Positions 19,430 to 27,430 of a DNA stretch of 64,000 nt are shown here, in pieces (position 1 is the first letter of the stretch; every line of letters begins with the position of its first letter). Both the position numbers and the translations under genes were made by a program. The DNA comes from Acidobacteriota bacterium. Its GTDB lineage: Bacteria; Acidobacteriota; CAIWXX01. The stretch spans positions 1 through 64,000 of the forward strand of contig JBFMAF010000011.1 of assembly GCA_040755995.1 (NCBI GenBank), in the 5' to 3' direction. The notes below the pieces were generated by a model that searched no databases, was not told the DNA's origin, and was given only the letters and a program-made list of their open reading frames with translations.

Positions 19430-22400
19430 TCAGCGTTCGGAGATTCCTGTCCAGTCCGAATGCCCCTTCGATTCGAACCGCAGCACGTTGTGCGCGAAGA
19501 CCTCCATGCGCGACACTATGTTCGGCGGGTAGGGCTGGCCGTCGTTCTCTAGCGCCAGCACTGGGTAGTCGCGGGCTTTCGCCCATGGGGCGTAGACGCC
19601 CTCGATCAGGCGGCCGGGGAGACAGCAGAATGGTGCGATGATTACGACACCGGAGTAGCCGTCCTTCATCGCGGCCGCGCCCACTGCCGGCGACACCGTC
19701 GCCTCGCTCTCCAGCTCCGGATCGACGAACTCATGCCGGCCCTCGCCGATGATCTCATTCATGTCATGGGGCACATGCGGAATGAGGCCCGTGGGTCTCA
19801 GCGCCGCGGCGATCTTGGCTTCGACGTTCTGCTTCCAATGCTTCTCGATCAGATACACGGCCTCTTCCTTGAGACCGCCGTCGAGGATCGTGCGCAGCCA
19901 GCCGTCCCGCTTGCGGCGGCCCTCCATGATGAACTTGCGCGCGAAGTCGGTGTAGTGGATCCACTCGGTGACGCCGGCGGCTTTGGGGTAGATTCCCTTC
20001 GATATGAGCATCTGTGACAGCTCTTCTACAGAGAAGTTATCGCGCCGGACGTAGATCTCGCCCATGATGAGCACCTTCTTCACACTATCAAGGCGGCCCT
20101 TGAGGGGCACCCGGCGGAGCTGGTCTGCCGCCCGCTTGAGCTCCAGGTCGAGCTCCTTCGGGCCCGCCTTGAATGCGCGCAGCACGTCCTGCCACACGGA
20201 CCCGAAGAGCTTGAGTGCCTCGGCCTGGTCACGGGCCAGGAGCCGCAGCGAGCTCCGGATGTCGGCGAAGTAGTCGCCCAGAACGACCCCGCGCCAGAGA
20301 TCACGGTTGAAGGTCGGACCCAGCTCCCGATAGGAGTTCTCCGAGCTGGCCACGAGCAAAACCACGTTCTCCCAGCCCATCTCCTCGAAGAGCCGGTCGA
20401 AGAAGACGTAGTACTGTCCCGTGCGACACGGCCCCAAGGTCGATGGCACGAAGATCAGGTAGATGTCCTCGCCGGAGCTTGGATTCTTGTCACGGAAGAA
20501 GCGGAGTATCGAGCCCAGAACCAGGAGCGCCGGGATGCACTCCTTGCCCGATGCGACGTTGCGTGCGAGCTGCGTGCTGTAGACGTCCGGCAGCGGCAGG
20601 TGCGTCGAATTGATGCCCTGGCGGAGGGATGCCAGGTTCATCGCCTCGGTCGACAGGTCTCCCATCGGAGGCCAGATCGCGTGTACCTTCGGGTCGCGGA
20701 TGTCGAGCCGTTTACTCGTCTTCCGATCGACGACGTCGCAGAACTCCTCCTTCAAGACGACATGGTAGCGCCGCTCGAAGGGCTTCTCCGCCGCCGGGCT
20801 CATGTGCCGGCGATAGCTCTCCACGATGTCGAGGAACGCCTCGACGCGCGTATCCAACCCTGCGTCGGCCGTGTGCGAGTCGATCTCGAGCACCAGGTAC
20901 GGCTTCTGCCCCATGAGCCAACGGACGTAGTGGAGCAAGAACGAGTCGGGCGCGCAAGAGAAATTCGAAATCCACGACAAGTACAGGTTATCGATCTTCC
21001 TGACCTGTTTCACCGCCTTCATGTTCTGCTGGCCGTAGAACCAGTAGTTGTTGGGCGGGATCTCGGCGTCTGCGTCATAGATCATGTCGAACGGAATCAC
21101 CGTGACGCCCTGCGACGTGAACTTGCGCGGGATCCCCATGTTGGCGTCGCGAGTGAAGGCGTTGTACGGCCGCCCGAGGAGGGCGATGTAGACGCGGTCC
21201 GGATTCTCCTCGACCTCGCGCAACACCTTCCTGCCCAGCTCCCGGTAGGCGGCGAGGAACTGCCGAAAACGCTCGACGCCGATATCGTAGGCGCGGCTGC
21301 CCTCGGCGCGGGTGAAGCCAAGCTTTTCGGCCATGTCCTCGAAGGCGCCGCGGCTCGACTCGTATCCGCGCCCGAAAGAGAGCAGCGGCCGCAGCATCCG
21401 GTCATCGCGGAGCCCAAAGGCGTGCCGTGCATAGAACGGCAGACCCTGAGTCAACGGGCACACGCACGCGTGGACGTCTTCCATGGTCGGCATGTCGCGG
21501 AAGTGGGGCAGAAAGACGTAGTCGGCACCCTTGTCCAGCACGTCCTGGATCGCCCCGTGCGCGATCTCGGCCGGGAAGCAGTAGTTGCTCTCCTGCTTCG
21601 CGATACCCTCCGGAACGACCTGTGTGGAGATCACGGTCTTGACGCCGAGACTGTGGAAGAACCAGGAGTAGAAGGGCCACAGAGAGTGGACCGACAAGGC
21701 CACCGGCACCCCGACGACCTTCGAGCTTCTGGCCTGCAGCGCGTCCGGAGAAGGCGCGAATTCCTCGAAAAGCATCCGCGTGCGCTCCTGCGTGTAGTCG
21801 ACGACGTCCGACGCGCGGATCTTCCGCTTCTTGCGCTGGTTGGTGTAAAGCGAGCAGCGGCCGCCAAAGGGATACCGATGCTCGCCGACCTCCAGGCGCC
21901 TGATCGGGCAGAGGTTCTCGCATGCCTTGCAGGTAAACCCCTCGTGGTAGGCGATCTCCTTCTCGATCAGGCTGTCCAGGTCGAAATCAGTCTTCTCGAT
22001 GAGGCCCTCTTCGTGCTTCTGGAGCACCAGCCGCGCGACGCCGAAGCAGCCCATGAGCTCGGGATCCGGCGGAACAGTGATCGGTTTGCCGGTCATCTGC
22101 GCGAAAGCCAGCGGGACGGCCGGGTTCTTGGCCACACCGCCCTGCAAAACGATGTGCTCGCCGACCGCGCGATTCCCCACGACACGGTTGCGGTAGTTGG
22201 CGACGATCGAGAAGACCAGGCCGGCGACGATGTCCTCCTTCGCCGCGCCCTCTTGGATCGCCTTGCGGATGTCCGAGTTGATGAACGCCGAGCAGTGCTC
22301 GCCGAACTTCAGCGGAGCCGCTGCGCGGAGCGCGATCGGGCCGATCTCAGGCGCGGTGTCGATCGACAGGTCACCGGCCGCCGACTCTTCCAGAAAGGAC

Positions 22401-23692
22401 CCCGTTCCCGCCGAGCAGGCCTCGTTCATCGCGTAGTCGATGGGGACGCCATTGTTGATGAACACGTACTTGGCATCCTGTCCACCGATCTCGAAGATCG
22501 TGTCGACATCTTTCTGGAAATAGGTCGTCCCGACCGTGTGCGCGATGATTTCGTTGTAGACGCCGGGCGTCTCGATGAAAACGCCTAGAAGCTCCCGCGA
22601 TGATCCCGTGGTCGCCACGAGACTGATGCGCGGCTTGTGACCCTCAAGTTGCTTCCTGACCTCGCGCAGGGAGAGCCTGAGCGCGGCTACCGGGTCACCG
22701 TGCGTGCGGCCATAGTGCTCCCCGACGATCTCGAGCGTCTTTGTGTTGATGAGCGCCGCCTTGGTCGTCGTGGAGCCGCCGTCGACACCGAGCACGTACT
22801 CCGCATCAGGATCATAGGCACCGCGCCGCGACGGCGCATGGTGCACCAGGTGACTGAACTCGGATAGTGGTTTGAATGTCTTGAAGACAAGCGCCGCGCC
22901 CGGCCGCACCAGCTCGCCTTCCGGCAGCAGCGCGCCCTGACGCCGGGCCAGATGTGCCGCGCCGAAGGCCTCGAAGTAGGGCGCCTCCTCGGGCAGGACG
23001 AAGTCGATCCCCGGCCGGCTCTCCCGGATGAAGTCGACCAGGTACCGGTTCTTTGTGACGCCGCCGATCAGCACAACCCGACCGCTGGAGATCTTCGCCT
23101 TTGTGAGGAACTCCGCGACCTTGTCCGCCATCACCTTGCTGAGCGACAGCGCGATGTCTCCCTTGCTCACCTCGCCCTTGTTCAGACGATGCGTGCAGTC
23201 CGATTTCATGAACACGGAACAGCGAGCCGAGATGCGATGGGCGCGGGCGCCGTTGCAGACCTCGTTGATATCGTCCAGCTTCAGGTTCATGCGGCCGAGC
23301 TGCTGGCGGAGGAACTCGCCGGTCCCCGACGCGCACTTGTTGCCCGAGTATGTGTTGACGATGCGGCCGCGGTCGTCGAGGACGTAGACGACCAGATCCT
23401 CACCGCCCATCGAGACCACGGCGCGGGGGTTGAGCCCCAGGGCGTCGAGGCCGCTCTCGATTGCCACCGCTGCGATGACATCGGGCAGGTCGATGCGATG
23501 CCTCCCTTCGGTCCCCGTGACAACGCCCCGCAGCGGCGGCGCTGCTCCGAGGGTGTCGAAGAGCCGCCTCACCGTCCCGGGGAGATCGCCCTCGTGAGCG
23601 AGGATCGCGTGCGCGACGCCTCCGTTCTGCGAGACCAGGCAGAGCTTCAGCGTGGTCGATCCAATATCGATTCCGAGTGTCTGCTCAGTCAT
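19430..23692 (-). CDS. CoA-substrate-specific enzyme activase / acyl-CoA dehydratase activase fusion (2x BcrAD_BadFG, DUF2229, dehydratase-like)
   Basis: GIDIGSTT, KCASGTGEF, GVDGGSTTTK, NEACSAGTGSF, CKACENLC, CFPAEIAHG and LEIDSH motifs. Confidence 0.92.
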   Translation of the reverse strand: MTEQTLGIDIGSTTLKLCLVSQNGGVAHAILAHEGDLPGTVRRLFDTLGAAPPLRGVVTGTEGRHRIDLPDVIAAVAIESGLDALGLNPRAVVSMGGEDLVVYVLDDRGRIVNTYSGNKCASGTGEFLRQQLGRMNLKLDDINEVCNGARAHRISARCSVFMKSDCTHRLNKGEVSKGDIALSLSKVMADKVAEFLTKAKISSGRVVLIGGVTKNRYLVDFIRESRPGIDFVLPEEAPYFEAFGAAHLARRQGALLPEGELVRPGAALVFKTFKPLSEFSHLVHHAPSRRGAYDPDAEYVLGVDGGSTTTKAALINTKTLEIVGEHYGRTHGDPVAALRLSLREVRKQLEGHKPRISLVATTGSSRELLGVFIETPGVYNEIIAHTVGTTYFQKDVDTIFEIGGQDAKYVFINNGVPIDYAMNEACSAGTGSFLEESAAGDLSIDTAPEIGPIALRAAAPLKFGEHCSAFINSDIRKAIQEGAAKEDIVAGLVFSIVANYRNRVVGNRAVGEHIVLQGGVAKNPAVPLAFAQMTGKPITVPPDPELMGCFGVARLVLQKHEEGLIEKTDFDLDSLIEKEIAYHEGFTCKACENLCPIRRLEVGEHRYPFGGRCSLYTNQRKKRKIRASDVVDYTQERTRMLFEEFAPSPDALQARSSKVVGVPVALSVHSLWPFYSWFFHSLGVKTVISTQVVPEGIAKQESNYCFPAEIAHGAIQDVLDKGADYVFLPHFRDMPTMEDVHACVCPLTQGLPFYARHAFGLRDDRMLRPLLSFGRGYESSRGAFEDMAEKLGFTRAEGSRAYDIGVERFRQFLAAYRELGRKVLREVEENPDRVYIALLGRPYNAFTRDANMGIPRKFTSQGVTVIPFDMIYDADAEIPPNNYWFYGQQNMKAVKQVRKIDNLYLSWISNFSCAPDSFLLHYVRWLMGQKPYLVLEIDSHTADAGLDTRVEAFLDIVESYRRHMSPAAEKPFERRYHVVLKEEFCDVVDRKTSKRLDIRDPKVHAIWPPMGDLSTEAMNLASLRQGINSTHLPLPDVYSTQLARNVASGKECIPALLVLGSILRFFRDKNPSSGEDIYLIFVPSTLGPCRTGQYYVFFDRLFEEMGWENVVLLVASSENSYRELGPTFNRDLWRGVVLGDYFADIRSSLRLLARDQAEALKLFGSVWQDVLRAFKAGPKELDLELKRAADQLRRVPLKGRLDSVKKVLIMGEIYVRRDNFSVEELSQMLISKGIYPKAAGVTEWIHYTDFARKFIMEGRRKRDGWLRTILDGGLKEEAVYLIEKHWKQNVEAKIAAALRPTGLIPHVPHDMNEIIGEGRHEFVDPELESEATVSPAVGAAAMKDGYSGVVIIAPFCCLPGRLIEGVYAPWAKARDYPVLALENDGQPYPPNIVSRMEVFAHNVLRFESKGHSDWTGISER

Positions 23693-24035
23693 GGCGCCGC
23701 GTCACCACGCCGCCCCAGAGAAGGTCTGCCCTGCTCTCAATCCCGTAGGCGGCGAACCCTCCGAGACTATCAAAGGACGCGTCGAGTTTCTATACCAAAC
23801 TCGGCGTCGAGCGCAAGAAGCGCCTGCCTTCTTACCTTCTGGCTACGTTCAGAAATCCAGATCCGAATGTTGACGAGACGTGGTGCGCAGAGTACGATTC
23901 CTGAAAGTGTGCGGATCTGTGACTCGCCATGAGAGGCGCTCTTGGATGCCAGTGAAACGGTTCAATAGGGGCAAGCATGGGAACGTCCGAGCTTCCGTCT
24001 AATAATTGTCGGCCGGACAACCGGAGTGGGGCGCC

Positions 24036-24527
24036 ATGATGGGGAACGGCGAGCCTGAAGCGCGGCAGTTTCTGCGACACACTCTCGCAACCCTGGCCTA
24101 TCGGGCCGCCAAGGTGCTGCGCGATGCCCCCGAGGGGTTCGCTGCCCTGACGATCGCCGATGGCAGTCGCACGCCCTGTGCGATCCTGGCGCACATCGGC
24201 GATCTCATGCAGTGGGCCCTGTCCATGGCACGAGGCTCGGAGTCGTGGCGGGATTCACCTCCCGGCGCCTGGGCGGATGAGGTACAGCGCTTCTTCGCCA
24301 CCGTCGGGAGTCTCGACGATTATCTTGCGTCGGGCGCGCCACTGAGCTGTGCTTCCGAGCGGCTGTTTCAGGGGCCGATAGCGGATGCGCTGACTCACGT
24401 AGGACAGATCGCCATGCTCCGGCGTATCGCTGCATCGCCCGTGCGAGGAGAGAACTACTTCAGGGCAGACATTGCAGTGGGTCGCGTGGGTGCGGAGCAG
24501 CCACCGCCACGCCGCGAGTTTGAGTAG
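24036..24527 (+). CDS. DinB-superfamily-like conserved protein
   Basis: LRHTLATLAYRA...ILAHIGDL...ADALTHVGQIAMLRR. Confidence 0.7.
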   Translation: MMGNGEPEARQFLRHTLATLAYRAAKVLRDAPEGFAALTIADGSRTPCAILAHIGDLMQWALSMARGSESWRDSPPGAWADEVQRFFATVGSLDDYLASGAPLSCASERLFQGPIADALTHVGQIAMLRRIAASPVRGENYFRADIAVGRVGAEQPPPRREFE

Positions 24528-24652
24528 GTGCCGGCCAACAAACGGATGCGCCTGACGAGCACCTGGCTCCGTCCGCCATGGCTCAGCGCGCAGCCACGAT
24601 GATTACACGAGCGAATCCAGCACACCGCAACCACCGAAGATGAAAGGCGCTT

Positions 24653-24991
24653 ATGCCGTACAACAAAGAGCTTGACGCCAGGGCGTTCTCCGTCGTCTCG
24701 CAATGGAAGAACACACAGGAACGAAAGATGTTCGGGGGCGTCTGTTATCTGCATCACGGGAACATGCTGGGCGGCGTCTACAAGGATTGTCTGATCGTGC
24801 GCATCGGCGAGGCCGCGCAGGCGCAGGCCTATCAGAAACCCCATGTCAGGCCGTTCGACATCACGGGCAAACCCATGAAGGGCTGGGTCATGGTCGAGCC
24901 GGAGGGATACAGGGGCAGGCAGCTCGCACAGTGGCTCGAGCAGGCGCACGCCTTTGTCAAGACCTTGCCGAAGAAGAAGAAGGGGATGTAG
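24653..24991 (+). CDS. TfoX/Sxy N-terminal family protein
   Basis: ERKMFGG...LIVRIG...PFDITGKPMKGWV. Confidence 0.88.
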   Translation: MPYNKELDARAFSVVSQWKNTQERKMFGGVCYLHHGNMLGGVYKDCLIVRIGEAAQAQAYQKPHVRPFDITGKPMKGWVMVEPEGYRGRQLAQWLEQAHAFVKTLPKKKKGM

Positions 24992-24992
24992 G

Positions 24993-25092
24993 GCCGAGCT
25001 TCTGCGGAGCCGTTGCCCGCAGCGCGAATGGGCCGATCTCCGTCGTGGTGTGGATGTTCAGCTCACCAGCAGCCGATTCCTCCAAGAAGGAC
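24993..25092 (-). pseudogene. 100-bp diverged internal fragment of a CoA-activase gene
   Basis: Gap-free match to 22301-22400; SFLEESAAGELNIHTTTEIGPFALRATAPQKLG vs SFLEESAAGDLSIDTAPEIGPIALRAAAPLKFG (24/33). Confidence 0.9.
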
Positions 25093-25254
25093 ACAAGCGT
25101 CGATCGCGGGCCATCAGAGCGGCACCAACATCCGTGTAACCAGCTGCAAGGCAACACACGCAACGTCGGCGAGGTGATCGGCCCCGCACCAGAGATGCGC
25201 CGCGAGAATCTGATCTTCGTTATGACTTATGTTATAATGGTCTGGGAGGCAGGC

Positions 25255-25479
25255 ATGACCAGACTGAAGGTAACGACCGTAGGCAATTCTCTCGGTGTTG
25301 TCTTGCCGAAAGAGGTCCTTCAACATCTCCGTGTTGACAAGGGGGATACGCTTTTCGCGGTGGAAACGGTCAAAGGGTTTGAGCTGACTCCCTACGATCC
25401 TGTGTTCGAGCAGCAGATGGAGGTTGCCGAAGGCGTGATGCGAGAGGATCGAGACGTTCTTCGCCGCCTGGCCAAGTGA
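25255..25479 (+). CDS. AbrB/MazE family antitoxin
   Basis: MTRLKVTTVGNSLGVVLPKE; TATAAT at 25233-25238 and GGAGG RBS. Confidence 0.92.
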   Translation: MTRLKVTTVGNSLGVVLPKEVLQHLRVDKGDTLFAVETVKGFELTPYDPVFEQQMEVAEGVMREDRDVLRRLAK

Positions 25480-25868
25480 AAAAGCCCGTTTGGATTCAAG
25501 AAAACGTGGTTACGGCCATTCACCACCGGCAGCTCGTCGAGCACGGAGGTGCTCCCGGCCTCCGAGACGAGAACGCGCTCGCCTCGTCGTTGGCGAAGCC
25601 GAAGAATCTATTGGCTTACAGCGATCCCAAGCCTGACATCGCGTCACTCGCAGCTTCGTACGCGTGCGGGATTGTCATGAATCATCCGTTTGTTGACGGT
25701 AACAAGCGGACGGCATTTGTCGTGTGCCGTACGTTTCTCATGCTCAACGGGCATGACATCGATGCCTCGGCAGAAGAGAAGTACTTCGCCTTTCTGAGAC
25801 TGGCCAGGGGAGAAATGCTCGAACCCGAGCTAGCGGGGTGGATTCGCAACCATCTTCGTAGAAGTTGA
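25476..25868 (+). CDS. doc: Doc (death-on-curing, Fic family) toxin
   Basis: HGGAPGLRD and HPFVDGNKRTA. Confidence 0.93.
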   Translation: MKKPVWIQENVVTAIHHRQLVEHGGAPGLRDENALASSLAKPKNLLAYSDPKPDIASLAASYACGIVMNHPFVDGNKRTAFVVCRTFLMLNGHDIDASAEEKYFAFLRLARGEMLEPELAGWIRNHLRRS

Positions 25869-27168
25869 AGACAATCGGGTCTTTGCAAGCGATCCGGGCA
25901 GGTCTTCGTGCGATCGGGCCCTTTGCTTCCGCCGAGGTATGCCTGGAGTAGGAGGGATTTCCATGGCGCGCATCAAGGTCATCACACCGATAGTCACACG
26001 CGGACTGCGCGACATCGCCGATCTGCGTGCTCTCGAACCGGCGCAGCGTGACGCGGAGGATCTCGCCTGGGCGCCAGAGGCGCATGCGCGGCCCCCACGT
26101 GCCCGTGCCGCGGCAGACGATGAGCGTCATGCCGTCGATCTGGTAGCGCCCTTCGATCAGCGGATACACCAGGCGGACGAGATAGCCGAACGGCCAGATC
26201 TGGCCGCCGTGGGTGTGGCCGGACAGCATCAGTCCGACTCCCGCCGCCGCCGCCTCGCCCGCCTTCCACGGTGTGTGCGAGAGCAGGACGGTGGCCCCCG
26301 CCGGCCGCCCGGCGAGCGTATCACGCACGGGGTCGCCTGCGCGGCCCGAGCGCCGCAGCGAGGTGAGGTCCTCCACCCCCGCAACGACCAGGCCCGGCCG
26401 AACCTGGACGCATCGATTCTGCAGCAGCACGATGCCGGCTTGATCGAGCACGCTCGCGGTGCTGTCGCGGCTCCGGAATGATTCGTGATTGCCACTTACC
26501 GCCCAGACCGCGAGCGGGGCCGACAGACCTCGCATTACCGGCACCATACGCTCCTGCGAATCACCGTGCCCTTCGAACAGGTCTCCGAGCAGGACGACGA
26601 TGTCCGGCCTCAACATCTGCACCTGCGCCACCCGTGCCGCCACCCACCGCTCGTCGAGCACCGAGCCGGCATGCAGATCGGACATCGCAACGAGAACCAG
26701 GCCGTCCAGCTCGCGCGGCAGCCCGAGAATCCGCACCTCGTACGGCTGCACAACCGGAGCACGCAAGCCTTGCACGAGCGCGATTGCCGAAAGGACGCAC
26801 CCGCCCAGCAGTGATCCGGCTCGCAACCAGGGCACCCATCGGCGAAAGAGAAGCCCGAATCCTGTGACGACGTCGACGGCGAGCAGGAGCACGGAAGCGA
26901 GCAGCACAACTCCCATCCAGCTCATTCCGAGCAGCTCCAGCGCGACTGCGACGCGCCCAGTCCCACCATGGCCCACGTACCGGCCGAGGACGAACAGGAC
27001 CCACAGCACAGCCCCGGCGCCGACGAGGAGTCGCCGGGGAACGCGCCGGCTCACGACCGGCACGCTTGCCGCGCGGAAGAACACATAGAGATGCATCAGC
27101 GTAAAAGCGGTCGTGAGGGCGATCCCAAACACCTCTCGTGCTCCAAGCTCCGGCCGCGCCGAAGTCAC
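25744..27168 (-). CDS. YkuE-like membrane-anchored metallophosphoesterase; family-like sequence ends near 26040 and the rest is readthrough
   Basis: SDLH, GDL, GNHE, LSH and GHTHGGQ motifs; ends RLWRPGEILRVTLRR then runs about 98 codons antisense into doc. Confidence 0.88.
   Translation of the reverse strand: MTSARPELGAREVFGIALTTAFTLMHLYVFFRAASVPVVSRRVPRRLLVGAGAVLWVLFVLGRYVGHGGTGRVAVALELLGMSWMGVVLLASVLLLAVDVVTGFGLLFRRWVPWLRAGSLLGGCVLSAIALVQGLRAPVVQPYEVRILGLPRELDGLVLVAMSDLHAGSVLDERWVAARVAQVQMLRPDIVVLLGDLFEGHGDSQERMVPVMRGLSAPLAVWAVSGNHESFRSRDSTASVLDQAGIVLLQNRCVQVRPGLVVAGVEDLTSLRRSGRAGDPVRDTLAGRPAGATVLLSHTPWKAGEAAAAGVGLMLSGHTHGGQIWPFGYLVRLVYPLIEGRYQIDGMTLIVCRGTGTWGPRMRLWRPGEILRVTLRRFESTQIGDVAQSACDYRCDDLDARHGNPSYSRHTSAEAKGPIARRPARIACKDPIVFNFYEDGCESTPLARVRAFLPWPVSERRSTSLLPRHRCHAR
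25963..26037 (+). pseudogene. Orphan gene start (MARIKVITPIVTRGLRDIADLRALE), resembles an Asp/Glu/hydantoin racemase N-terminus
   Basis: AGGAGG RBS plus ATG, truncated where it meets the phosphoesterase 3' end. Confidence 0.5.
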
Positions 27169-27430
27169 GAGATTCTATACAGCGCGTCATAAGTCCACAA
27201 CAGATTCGACGAGTAGACGCAGTGTATGACGCGCTGTATACACGATTTGCCCGACCGAGGTGGCGTCCTCAACGCAGCCGCGGGAGGCACGGGCTTGCAT
27301 GAACCGGAGCCGTCGGCGACAATCTGTAGGCCTTCGAAGAACTGGTGTGACGTTGGAACGGATCGAGAATGGAGACAGGCACGGTATGGGAAGCATCAGG
27401 CCTAGGTGATCCTTCCTCTGGAGTACTCAC

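Noticed and set aside
20600..22588. Long antisense ORFs (also 44530-46095, 50099-51745, 56405-58036, 57774-59915)
   Set aside because: Shadow frames of high-GC genes with no recognisable motifs.
24703..25254. 258-aa version of the AbrB antitoxin and 221-aa version of DUF433 (from 29752)
   Set aside because: The extensions overlap other genes; local promoter and RBS signals support the short starts at 25255 and 30082/30070.
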